Source: a virus. From it: a stretch of 50,826 nt of DNA. The notes under the pieces are model-generated. The model was not told where the DNA came from. It saw only the letters and a program-made list of their open reading frames with translations, and ran no database searches. Numbering within the stretch: the stretch's first letter is position 1; the number at the start of each line of letters is the position of its first letter. The DNA lies in the IMG/VR virus record IMGVR_UViG_3300025669_000046, positions 1 to 50,826 of that record; one strand, written 5' to 3'. This document shows, in pieces, positions 35,253 to 44,806 of this stretch. Position numbers and translations under genes: made by a program.

Positions 35253-36539
35253 ATGAATATGAATGAAAATTATATATATTTTTTTAATAATATTATAACA
35301 TTCCAAAAATTCATAGAAATAAGGATTTTTGGTGTGAAATCTTACCCAATTATGAAATATGCACAAAATATGGAAGAATTACAAAAATACATTAAATTAC
35401 ACAATAGGTCTAACCTATATTGTAGTATTAACCCAAGAGTTACTAAAAGTGGTAAAAGCATTAATGTTAGTTATAGAAAAAACATATTCTTCGACATTGA
35501 GGGTATTAAAAACAAGCCCGTACTTACTGATTTAGGGTATTATAATAAGCTTAAAGATACAATAAACTATATTTCTAAATTATTCAATGAAAAATATGGT
35601 ATGAATGTGAATTGCGTGGTTAAATCTGGACGTGGAATGCATGTATATTTCACAATACAGAATTTAGATAATAAATATCAAATTAAATACATAAAATGGT
35701 ATAATGAAATTGTGAAATTTATAAACGAGAATTCACCCTATCATAATGAAATTAAATGTGACCCGCCAGTCAAGGATCTTCCGAGAATAGCAGGACTGCC
35801 AGGAACAATAAACTGGAAATATCCGGAAAAGCCTGTAAGGGAGATTGTGTATATTAATGAAAAGATTAATACAGGGTTTGAAAGTGTCTTAGATAATATA
35901 AAAGAGACTAAAACTAAGATGATCACAGAAAAAAGGACAATTAAAAAGTGCGGGAATAAAAAGAGATACACGAATGCAGACATTCTCGATGCACCGGAGT
36001 TCCAGGTCTGGAAGTTCAAGCCAAAGCAAGGAACTTCATTAAATAATATTCTGCGGTTAGTTGGGAAACTTCTAATTGATCGAGATAGCATAACCGATAC
36101 ATCTAAGATTTCTGAGTTCATACAGGATTGTGGTTATCCTTGGAAAGAAATGAATTTCGATCGGAGTCAATATCCTGATTATGAGTATAGTGAATCGATT
36201 CTTAATAAATATGTGATTCATAACATGCAATGGTCAGTCAATGTTGGATTTAAACTCCCATATAAACTATTTGAGGAAAAAGTTATAGATAATTCAATCT
36301 CGCACATTGAAATTGATTATGATACAGAATTTATTGGTTATAATATAAATACTTTGAATGACTTAATTGGGTTCATAAAAGTATTTAATAAAAAATATTG
36401 TGATAATAGAGTTAATAATGGGATGAAATATTATACAAAGGCATTAGAGCAAAATATAGAAATTAATATAAAGAGTGAAATATTAAGAAAGTTTATAGAA
36501 TTTAATAATTTAATTGAAAGATTAAAATACATTATATAA
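35253..36539 (+). CDS. Archaeo-eukaryotic primase superfamily (RepB-type primase-polymerase)
   Basis: NLYCSINP, IFFDIEG, KSGRGMHVYF, DLPRIAGLPGTINWK. Confidence 0.8.
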   Translation: MNMNENYIYFFNNIITFQKFIEIRIFGVKSYPIMKYAQNMEELQKYIKLHNRSNLYCSINPRVTKSGKSINVSYRKNIFFDIEGIKNKPVLTDLGYYNKLKDTINYISKLFNEKYGMNVNCVVKSGRGMHVYFTIQNLDNKYQIKYIKWYNEIVKFINENSPYHNEIKCDPPVKDLPRIAGLPGTINWKYPEKPVREIVYINEKINTGFESVLDNIKETKTKMITEKRTIKKCGNKKRYTNADILDAPEFQVWKFKPKQGTSLNNILRLVGKLLIDRDSITDTSKISEFIQDCGYPWKEMNFDRSQYPDYEYSESILNKYVIHNMQWSVNVGFKLPYKLFEEKVIDNSISHIEIDYDTEFIGYNINTLNDLIGFIKVFNKKYCDNRVNNGMKYYTKALEQNIEINIKSEILRKFIEFNNLIERLKYII

Positions 36540-36548
36540 ATTTACATT

Positions 36549-36580
36549 AATAAATATGTTTATAAATGTTTTGGTATATA
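36549..36580 (+). promoter_or_regulatory. Early-type BRE-TATA promoter
   Basis: 32-mer identical to the reverse complement of 28642-28673. Confidence 0.75.
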
Positions 36581-36616
36581 AATATGTATATAAACAACTA
36601 AATTTATGGTGAAATT

Positions 36617-36835
36617 ATGAATAAAAATGAATTAGTATATAGTGATTATTTTAACACTATGTTTACTGTTAAAGTAAATGGAAAATTGAAGGATAAAATA
36701 AAAAAGCATATTAAGGATAGTAAAGGTCTTTGGCAAAACTTGTTTGATGACTTTTTAAGGGATTATGCTAAACAGAACAATATAGAATTCAACACCCTCA
36801 AGGTTAGAAAGATCGAATCAATCATAACTGACTAG
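36617..36835 (+). CDS. Small putative DNA-binding (RHH-like) protein
   Basis: MFTVKVNGKLKDKIKKHIK...LWQNLFDDFLRDY. Confidence 0.45.
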   Translation: MNKNELVYSDYFNTMFTVKVNGKLKDKIKKHIKDSKGLWQNLFDDFLRDYAKQNNIEFNTLKVRKIESIITD

Positions 36836-36950
36836 AACTTCAATGTTTTAATTTTTTCTTAATTCGGTTTTTCTAATCTTATTTATAGTTAATAACTAAT
36901 AGTTATCAAATAAAAAAAAGACTGCCAGGATTGGCAATGGAGGAATTAAC

Positions 36951-37700
36951 ATGACAACAAATAAAACAAATCTGAATGGGGATAAAGTCGAGATTCTTGA
37001 GGCGAATGAGAACATAGAAATTTTCAAGTCTGAAGAAGTCAAAGCTGAATCTAATTCTAATTCTAAAGAACAAGGTTCTGAAGCAGATGAAATAAGTAAA
37101 ATAGACTCTGTGGATAAAATAACTTTTAATGATGAAACAGAACCTAAATCAGATCCTATGGAGCTTCAAGACTTTGCAGATTCTATTAATTATGATATAG
37201 AATTTAATGAAGATGAAGAGCTTGAAGAAGACAAGGAAACTAAAGAGAAATATACAAAAAAGATATATACAATAGATAGAGTTGAAGTTGGTCAACCTAA
37301 GCAATTTGATAATGAAGGAAATAAAATTGCACCATTAATTAGTGATAATGGAGCTTTATTCTATGAATCGAAATTGATTGTGTTCTATAAGGATTCTACT
37401 TATAAATCTGTGATACCAAAAATTAAGTGGTATGTGAATAAAGATATTACAACTGGAAAAGAAACTCTAACACCTTGGTTTGCAATTAAAGAAGATTCAA
37501 CAATTGAGGAACAATTTATTTCGGTACTTTCTAAAGTGTATTATAAATTTTGTAAATATATGAATTTAGAATCTGGTAAGGTTTCAATGAAAGACTTTAT
37601 TACTAAGCTTCCTGGATTAAAGGTTAATCTTTATAATACAAAAGGTAAGTTTAAAGGAACTACATGGAATAGAATTGATATTGTGAAATTTGTAAAATAA
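36951..37700 (+). CDS. Hypothetical replication-module protein (possibly ssDNA-binding)
   Basis: Acidic N-terminus, aromatic beta-rich C-terminus, strong GGAGG RBS behind a hairpin. Function is inferred from context only. Confidence 0.4.
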   Translation: MTTNKTNLNGDKVEILEANENIEIFKSEEVKAESNSNSKEQGSEADEISKIDSVDKITFNDETEPKSDPMELQDFADSINYDIEFNEDEELEEDKETKEKYTKKIYTIDRVEVGQPKQFDNEGNKIAPLISDNGALFYESKLIVFYKDSTYKSVIPKIKWYVNKDITTGKETLTPWFAIKEDSTIEEQFISVLSKVYYKFCKYMNLESGKVSMKDFITKLPGLKVNLYNTKGKFKGTTWNRIDIVKFVK

Positions 37701-37756
37701 GTTTTACAATTATTTTTTTTCTTTTTTATTTATTTATTTATTAGGTATGAAAATAT

Positions 37757-39976
37757 ATGAGTTTGAAGTTTAATTTATCCGCGAGTAGCGTGTCGAAATA
37801 TAAGGAATCACAATTAGACTTTTATTATACATATATAGAAAAGTCTAAACCTGATACTCAAATTCTATCAGTTTATGGTAATGCTGGGAATATTGTTCAT
37901 TCTTCCTTAGAGAATTATATTACTTTATTAAAGAATAAGGATGTAACTAAGGGCTATGCAAAGACAGAAGTCGAGAAGTATTTTAGTACTCAATGGTTTG
38001 AAAAGAATATATCACAAATGCAGACGAAAAATAATAAACCCCTTGATATAAATAAATATTTTAATGGATTAAGGAATGCGTTTGTATATATAAATAAAAA
38101 TATTAATATAAGTAATAACTTAATTCCGGAACAGAAGTTCATTTTCCCAATAGTTAATACTAAAGATGCAGTTATAAATTTCAAGGGATTCATAGATCTT
38201 GTGGATGAAACTACTGATATAATTTACGACTGGAAGACAAACTCATCTATTCAGAACTTCAACCTACATGCTAGAATTTATTGCTATGCATATTGGAAAA
38301 TGTATAATAGAATTCCAAAGGCTATATATTATTATTGTAATGTAGATAAGCCAAAAATATATTATTTCACAAAAGATGAAGTTCTAGAAACTGAAACTGA
38401 ATTGAATGATCTATGCAAAGAAATCATAGGTAAAGGACATGACATTTCTAAGTACGATCTAGGTAACTATAATCATATATTCAATGTACATTTACAGAAG
38501 TGCAAAAGAGAGGCATTGAATAGACAGGACTCTGATGTGATACAATACAATATTGAAAAGAATAATATAATATTCAGAAATTTAAACAACAATTTAAAGA
38601 ATATAATTGATAAAAAATTTAGTTATTATATAAACGGTCATGAGTTTAGTGACTTATTTAAAAAGAGAATATGGGATGGCAAAACTCATTTATTTAGTAT
38701 AAAAAGTAACAAATTACCTATTGGTTTATTTACGATTTTCAAAAAATTACTTAATCAATATAATAAATATTCAGAAAGGGACTATAAATTAGAACTAAAG
38801 TATGATTTAAGAAATAAAGATATAATGTCTAATCAATTCGAGACTAAGTTTAAGGACAATAAAGATATAGAATTAAGATATTACCAAAATGATGCAATAA
38901 AAAGTGCGATAGAAAACAAGATAGGAATTATATATGGCGGAACTGGTTGTGGTAAGTCTATCATTTCAGCAGAGATTATTAAGAATATAAATAAAAGAAG
39001 TTTATATATTATAAATAGAATAGAACTTGTTGATCAAACTGCAGAGGTCTTTGAGGAATATTTAGGAATAGAAATTGGGAAAATGTCTGAGGGGAATCTG
39101 GATATAAATAAACAGGTCACAATCGCATCAATTCAAACGGTTAATAGCCTCTTAAAACAGAGCTCTGAGAATTCGAAATTACTAAAAAAGTATTTATACA
39201 ATACAAACATCTGTATTTTTGATGAATGCCAGAACGTGAAAGACGATGGGTGCTATAAATTGTTATCGAATAACTTAACTAATTGTGAGTATTTAATAGG
39301 CATGACAGGAAGTCCATTTAGGAACGATGAGCACACACTTAAAATGAAGGCATTAGTCGGTGATGTTATTTATAGTAAAACTACAAAAGATCTAGTATCC
39401 GAGAATTACTTAGTTCCGACTAAGGTTTATTTTTTAGAGTACGATACAATTTTTGATAGAAATTATCAAAGCTACTCTGACGCATACACAGATCTCATTG
39501 TAGGAAACATTGAGAGAAATAATTTAATTAAAGACATTGTAAGTAAGTTCGAGAATAAAAAGATCTTAATTATCACAAAATTAATAAAGCATGGAAAGTT
39601 ACTCGAAGAACTTATCCCAGATAGCTTTTTAATCACAAGCCAAACAAAAAAGGATATACGAAAGCAAAAGTTTAAGGACTTCAAGGACAATAAATTTAAT
39701 ATTCTTATCGGATCGGCTCAGATATTCTCGACCGGAATTGATATTCCCGATCTTGATATAATTCTAAACAGTAGTGGTCATCGTTCAGATGTTTTATCAA
39801 CTCAAATTATAGGACGAGTTATGCGTAAGTCTAAAAATAAAGAATTTGGATACTACATAGACTTTATAGACGACACGAGTGTATATTTCAGGCAAGCAAC
39901 TAAGCAACGAATTCAGATTCTAACAGAATTCGGGCACGAAATTTTAAAAATTAATGATATAAAGGACATACAATAA
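37757..39976 (+). CDS. PD-(D/E)xK (RecB/Cas4-like) nuclease fused to SF2 (UvsW/XPB-like) helicase
   Basis: LSASSVSKY, GNIVHSSLE, KGFIDLVD...IYDWKT; LRYYQ, GTGCGKS, DECQN, GMTGSPFR, STGIDIPDL, QIIGRVMR. Confidence 0.85.
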   Translation: MSLKFNLSASSVSKYKESQLDFYYTYIEKSKPDTQILSVYGNAGNIVHSSLENYITLLKNKDVTKGYAKTEVEKYFSTQWFEKNISQMQTKNNKPLDINKYFNGLRNAFVYINKNINISNNLIPEQKFIFPIVNTKDAVINFKGFIDLVDETTDIIYDWKTNSSIQNFNLHARIYCYAYWKMYNRIPKAIYYYCNVDKPKIYYFTKDEVLETETELNDLCKEIIGKGHDISKYDLGNYNHIFNVHLQKCKREALNRQDSDVIQYNIEKNNIIFRNLNNNLKNIIDKKFSYYINGHEFSDLFKKRIWDGKTHLFSIKSNKLPIGLFTIFKKLLNQYNKYSERDYKLELKYDLRNKDIMSNQFETKFKDNKDIELRYYQNDAIKSAIENKIGIIYGGTGCGKSIISAEIIKNINKRSLYIINRIELVDQTAEVFEEYLGIEIGKMSEGNLDINKQVTIASIQTVNSLLKQSSENSKLLKKYLYNTNICIFDECQNVKDDGCYKLLSNNLTNCEYLIGMTGSPFRNDEHTLKMKALVGDVIYSKTTKDLVSENYLVPTKVYFLEYDTIFDRNYQSYSDAYTDLIVGNIERNNLIKDIVSKFENKKILIITKLIKHGKLLEELIPDSFLITSQTKKDIRKQKFKDFKDNKFNILIGSAQIFSTGIDIPDLDIILNSSGHRSDVLSTQIIGRVMRKSKNKEFGYYIDFIDDTSVYFRQATKQRIQILTEFGHEILKINDIKDIQ

Positions 39977-40003
39977 ATACGTTTATAAATATTTTGGTAT
40001 ATA
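39972..40003 (+). promoter_or_regulatory. Early-type BRE-TATA promoter
   Basis: AATAAATACGTTTATAAATATTTTGGTATATA. Confidence 0.7.
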
Positions 40004-40025
40004 AATATATAAAATGTGAATACAT

Positions 40026-41642
40026 ATGAATTTAAATTTGAATAACATTGCATGGTCAGAAAAATACAGACCGAAGAATGTCGATGCTGTGGTTTCGGAT
40101 AGTAAGCAGAAGATAAAGAAATACCTAGAGAACCCTGAGAGCATCGAGATAAATAAAATATATTGTATGGATTGTATTGATGGCATGAAGCAGCTAGAAG
40201 CTAATAGTGTAGACTCAATAGTAACTGATCCACCCTATGAATTAGGTTTCATGGGTAAGTCTTGGGATGGAACAGGAATTGCATTTAAACCAGAAGTTTG
40301 GAAACAAGCTCTACGAGTATTAAAACCAGGAGGACATCTTTTAGGTTTTGGTGGAACTAGGACTTATCACCGTATGGCCTGTGCAATTGAGGATGCTGGG
40401 TTTGAGATAAGAGACCAGATACAATGGATTTATTCTACTGGATTCCCTAAGTCACTGAATATTGGAAAAGCTATTGATAAAGTTAGTAAAAGATTAAATT
40501 TATTCACACCATTTGCTAGGTACTTAAAAGAGCAAAGACTAAAAAAAGGTTTTGTGATAACTGATGTTTCAAAGCATTTTATGAGCAAAACTGGGGGTGT
40601 GACTGGTTGTGTTAGTAATTGGGAATTAGGATATAGTACTCCAACTAAGACACAATTTATAATTCTAAAGCAATTATTAGACCTAGAAGATACTTTTGAT
40701 GACTTGATAAATAGGGTTGAAGCAGAAAGAAAAGTAATTGGAGAACAACATAGATCTGCTGGGAATGATGTAAATATACCATTTTCTGCTTGTCATACAA
40801 ATAAAAATAATGGTTGGTTTAATATTACAGCCCCATCCACAGACCAGGCTAAGAAGTATGATGGTTGGGGTACAAATTTAAAACCTGCCAATGAACCAAT
40901 TTGTGTAGCGAGGAAGCCTTTAGAGGAAAAGACTGTTGCTGCTAATGTTCTAAAATATGGTACTGGTGGTATTAACATCGATGACTGCAGGATTGGAACT
41001 GATGAAAATATAGAATTAGGCAGAAATAATAGAAAGGAATGTATTTCTAATTCATTTGGTCGAAAATTACTGGGTATAGATAGGAGTGGATTAAATCAAG
41101 GTCGTTTTCCTTCTAATGTGATTCTTGATGGTTCAGAAGAAGTTACTAATTTATTTCCTAATAGTAAATCAACTGGTAGTGATGGATCTAAATTTAATAA
41201 TTCTTGTTTTAAAGGATTAGAAAAAGATGTTATTAAAAAAGATGGACTTGGTTTTGGTGATGATGGTTCAGCTTCTCGTTTCTTTTACTGTGCAAAGGCA
41301 AGTAAGTCTGAGAGGAATAAAGGGCTTGAGGGATTTGATGATGTAAAAGGTGGTTCAATGGAAGGTGGAAATGATAAAAGAAATGGGTTAAATAAACCAC
41401 AATTGAAATTAACAAAAAATATTCATCCTACTATAAAACCAGTTAAGTTAATAGAATATTTAATCAGGCTTGTGACTCCAAAGGGTGGGGTTGTTTTAGA
41501 CCCTTTCATGGGTAGTGGCACGACTGGAATGGCTGCTAAGGCTCAGGGGTTCAATTACATTGGGTTTGACATGACTAAAGAATACTGTGAAATAGCAGAA
41601 GCCAGAATTAAGAGTGTAGATCACCAAATGAAATTATTTTAA
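40026..41642 (+). CDS. N4/N6 DNA methyltransferase (beta class) with RFC-like N-terminal remnant and inserted XRE-type HTH
   Basis: IVTDPPY, NLKPANEPI, GRFPSNVI, HPTIKP...LDPFMGSGTTG. N-terminal WSEKYRPK; internal YLKEQRLKKG...VSNWELGYSTP. Confidence 0.85.
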   Translation: MNLNLNNIAWSEKYRPKNVDAVVSDSKQKIKKYLENPESIEINKIYCMDCIDGMKQLEANSVDSIVTDPPYELGFMGKSWDGTGIAFKPEVWKQALRVLKPGGHLLGFGGTRTYHRMACAIEDAGFEIRDQIQWIYSTGFPKSLNIGKAIDKVSKRLNLFTPFARYLKEQRLKKGFVITDVSKHFMSKTGGVTGCVSNWELGYSTPTKTQFIILKQLLDLEDTFDDLINRVEAERKVIGEQHRSAGNDVNIPFSACHTNKNNGWFNITAPSTDQAKKYDGWGTNLKPANEPICVARKPLEEKTVAANVLKYGTGGINIDDCRIGTDENIELGRNNRKECISNSFGRKLLGIDRSGLNQGRFPSNVILDGSEEVTNLFPNSKSTGSDGSKFNNSCFKGLEKDVIKKDGLGFGDDGSASRFFYCAKASKSERNKGLEGFDDVKGGSMEGGNDKRNGLNKPQLKLTKNIHPTIKPVKLIEYLIRLVTPKGGVVLDPFMGSGTTGMAAKAQGFNYIGFDMTKEYCEIAEARIKSVDHQMKLF

Positions 41643-41660
41643 TAAAATAGGGTATAAATT

Positions 41661-43403
41661 ATGAATTACATTAATGATTATTTAGGCTTAAATGAATTAA
41701 AGGTGTTTGCATTTGACACAGAGACGTACGGTCTAGAATTTGATACAATAAACCTAAAAGACATAAGCTTTAGTGATGGTACTAATTCATATTACTTCGA
41801 TAAGGATCATTTAGATATCGAAAAATTAAAGAATGTACTAATTAACGCGGATTTAATAATCGGGCATAATCTAATATTCGACTTGACTGTGATGTCTAAG
41901 TTCTTTGGTCGAAGCTTTTTATTCGAGATAAATAATGTACCACTATTTGATACCATGCTAGCACAATATATACTAAACGAAAATGCTAAGAAGGGATTAA
42001 AGCATCTAAGTGAGACTATTTTGGGATATAAAATGCAGACTTACGAGGAATCTGTTAATAGCCTGAATAAAGAAACTTGGATTAAGTATAGTCTAGAGGA
42101 TTCAATTCAGACATTTAAACTGTATAAATATTTTAAAAATAAAGTTAATAATAATAAAGTATTCAAGAGAGAATGTAAGGCTATACTCCCAATCGTGGAC
42201 ATGCAACTCGAGGGCTTTCTCGTGGACAAGACTAAATTTAAGGACATAAAAGAAAAAATGGAGAATAGACTCAAGGAAATTGAGGATGAGTTTATATCGG
42301 TTTTTAAGAAATATGGATTAAAACAAAATAGCCTGTTCGGTAGCATTATCCCGATAAACCTAAATTCACCAAAGCAGTTAAAGAAGTTTATTAATAACAA
42401 ATTAAAAATAAAAATTGAGGATACAAGTGTTAAGACACTAAAGAATTATAAAACGAAGCATAAGTTTTTTGAATTGTTATTGGATTATAGGCATATTTAT
42501 AAGTTATACAATAGCTATATTAAGCCTTTTGAAGAAAAACACATACAATCAGATGGTAAAATACACGCGAGTTTTAATCCAACTGGAACAGTAACCGGCA
42601 GATATTCAAGTTCTTCTCCAAATCTTCAACAAATCCCATCCTTTGACGAGTTTGGTATGAGGGAACTATTTATAGCAGATAAGGGTTATAAAATAGCTTG
42701 TTTGGACTATGCCGGACAAGAGATTAGGCTCGCAGCCATTATTTCTAATGATAGGAATATGAAAGATGCACTTTTGAATAATAAAGATATACATCTAATG
42801 ACTGCTAATAGTGTTTATAACTTAGGCATACCCTCTGAATGTCTAAAGACTAATCATAAAGATTACAAAATGTATAAAGATAAGTTCAATGCATACAGAA
42901 AAAAGGCGAAGATGGTGAACTTCGGTGTTCTCTATGGCGCAGGTGCGATGGGTGTTTCTAACCTCACAGGTGAGTCCGAGGATAAGGCACAGGAAATGAT
43001 TGATAATTTTTTTGAATTTTATACAGGAATAAAATTAAAAATTAATAAAAATTCTAATTATTTATATAAATATAATGAGGTTATAAATTTATTTGGTAGA
43101 CAAAGGAGATTTGAATTGATTGACAGTAAAGCAAAAAGACAATCATTCAATTTCTTAATTCAAGGTACAGCTGGGGATATGTTAAAGATAGACTTATATA
43201 GAGTTTGGAATGAAGTTGTATTAAAATATAAAGATAATATTAAATTAAAAGCTACAGTACATGATGAAATAATATTTATGATTAAAGAAAATATGATAGA
43301 CGAAATATTACCACAATTAGTTAATATCATGCAAGACTTTAAATTTGAAATCCCAATAATAGTAGATTATAATATAGGAAATAATTATGGTTCAGCTCAT
43401 TAA
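41661..43403 (+). CDS. polA: Family A DNA polymerase (3'-5' exonuclease + polymerase)
   Basis: FDTET, GHNLIFD, TGTVTGRYSSSSPNLQQIP, DYAGQEIRLAA, RKKAKMVNFGVLYG, NFLIQGTAGD, VHDEI. Confidence 0.95.
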   Translation: MNYINDYLGLNELKVFAFDTETYGLEFDTINLKDISFSDGTNSYYFDKDHLDIEKLKNVLINADLIIGHNLIFDLTVMSKFFGRSFLFEINNVPLFDTMLAQYILNENAKKGLKHLSETILGYKMQTYEESVNSLNKETWIKYSLEDSIQTFKLYKYFKNKVNNNKVFKRECKAILPIVDMQLEGFLVDKTKFKDIKEKMENRLKEIEDEFISVFKKYGLKQNSLFGSIIPINLNSPKQLKKFINNKLKIKIEDTSVKTLKNYKTKHKFFELLLDYRHIYKLYNSYIKPFEEKHIQSDGKIHASFNPTGTVTGRYSSSSPNLQQIPSFDEFGMRELFIADKGYKIACLDYAGQEIRLAAIISNDRNMKDALLNNKDIHLMTANSVYNLGIPSECLKTNHKDYKMYKDKFNAYRKKAKMVNFGVLYGAGAMGVSNLTGESEDKAQEMIDNFFEFYTGIKLKINKNSNYLYKYNEVINLFGRQRRFELIDSKAKRQSFNFLIQGTAGDMLKIDLYRVWNEVVLKYKDNIKLKATVHDEIIFMIKENMIDEILPQLVNIMQDFKFEIPIIVDYNIGNNYGSAH

Positions 43404-43434
43404 AATATACAATAAATATATATATAAATATACA

Positions 43435-43466
43435 AATAAATACCTTTATAAATATATTGGTATATA
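43435..43466 (+). promoter_or_regulatory. Early-type BRE-TATA promoter
   Basis: AATAAATACCTTTATAAATATATTGGTATATA. Confidence 0.7.
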
Positions 43467-43516
43467 TATTATATATATAATAGCCTGAATAGGCAAAGGA
43501 GAAAATGTGAAAAAAT

Positions 43517-43870
43517 ATGGAAAAAAGTGTAAATACACAAAGTGTAAATACAAAAAATATAAATATACAGAATGTAAATATAAAAGAAAAATTAAAAATG
43601 TATTTTGATTTGTCTAATGACATAGAAACTTTAGACGAGCAAAGGAAAATTATTAAAGAAGACTTAGAAATTGTACTAACACAAAGTGGGGTTGATTCAT
43701 TATCTACTTCTTTAGGATCAATTAGTTATGTTCATAGAAATTATACATCAATTGATAAAATATTTATTGAATCAATTCTTACAATTGAACAAAAAGAAAA
43801 AGCATACACACAAAAAGAGTCTAAATTTATAAAAATTACTAAATCTAAAAAAGAGAGTGACCAGAAATGA
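43517..43870 (+). CDS. Hypothetical protein
   Basis: 117 aa; helical N-terminus followed by beta-rich segment. Confidence 0.55.
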   Translation: MEKSVNTQSVNTKNINIQNVNIKEKLKMYFDLSNDIETLDEQRKIIKEDLEIVLTQSGVDSLSTSLGSISYVHRNYTSIDKIFIESILTIEQKEKAYTQKESKFIKITKSKKESDQK

Positions 43871-44139
43871 AGCTCGAGATTTCTATTTGCTTGAAAAAAG
43901 ACGAGTGTGACTTCTTCTATTTCGAGGATCAATTCGATACTGAGGTTGCTACAATTAAGGGATACAAGGACACCGATGACGCGGGGTTATATTTCTATAC
44001 ATTATTTGAGGTTGTAGACTCAATCTTTAACGAGAAAAGCACACTAAAATTAATAAATGATAAGTGCAGTTTCGAGATGGAACTCTCAGAGGCTGATGAA
44101 AAGATATACAAAGAATGCTTTGGAGATGATCTAGAATGA
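43867..44139 (+). CDS. Hypothetical acidic protein
   Basis: 90 aa, ATGA overlap with the previous gene. Confidence 0.55.
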   Translation: MKLEISICLKKDECDFFYFEDQFDTEVATIKGYKDTDDAGLYFYTLFEVVDSIFNEKSTLKLINDKCSFEMELSEADEKIYKECFGDDLE

Positions 44140-44324
44140 ATAAAGAATTAAAAAAACAATTTCAGGCAATATTTAATATTATAAACTCAAAGATTAAAAT
44201 ACAATCACAAATTGAGTTATGCAAGGATTCCTGGAAGGACTTTGAGAACACGAATTATTTTATAAACACAAGGGACATAAATTTAGTTGATTTATACAAT
44301 GAAGAATTCAAGAAAGTGAAATAG
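44136..44324 (+). CDS. Hypothetical protein
   Basis: 62 aa, ATGA overlap. Confidence 0.5.
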   Translation: MNKELKKQFQAIFNIINSKIKIQSQIELCKDSWKDFENTNYFINTRDINLVDLYNEEFKKVK

Positions 44325-44326
44325 AT

Positions 44327-44770
44327 ATGAAAAAGCAAATTAAAAATATATGTAATAATTTAATTAGTATACATGAAAATCATTTTAGAAAAAATGATAA
44401 CTTAGAATTTATAGGATATAAATATGTCGATGGATTAACAAAAAAGAAGTTCCTAAAAAATTTCACAATAAAGACATTTATTGAAAGATTCTATACACTA
44501 TATTGGTTTAAATTAAATTATCACTATTTAATATTAAACAGAAATGATTTTCATATTACTCGAATTAAAGCATTGAAAAGTGTATTTAAGGAATGTACAA
44601 CAAATATTGATTATAAAAAGATATCTACAGAAGTTATTTATTATGAAGACAATGACTTTCAAGTATCAGTATTTCATTCAATGATAATTGATAATAAAAC
44701 ATATAGAATAGAATTATTATATCAACATAATGAATTGCTTTTTAGGGTTTGTTGTATGGATATAATTTAA
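44327..44770 (+). CDS. Hypothetical protein
   Basis: 147 aa ORF in the operon. Confidence 0.5.
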   Translation: MKKQIKNICNNLISIHENHFRKNDNLEFIGYKYVDGLTKKKFLKNFTIKTFIERFYTLYWFKLNYHYLILNRNDFHITRIKALKSVFKECTTNIDYKKISTEVIYYEDNDFQVSVFHSMIIDNKTYRIELLYQHNELLFRVCCMDII

Positions 44771-44806
44771 TATATAAAAATAAAAGTATTAGAAAGTGAA
44801 ATAGGT

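Noticed and set aside
37757-38500. Cas4 as evidence of a CRISPR adaptation system
   Set aside because: It is a generic PD-(D/E)xK domain fused to a helicase, without an evident Fe-S cysteine set, cas1/cas2 or an array.
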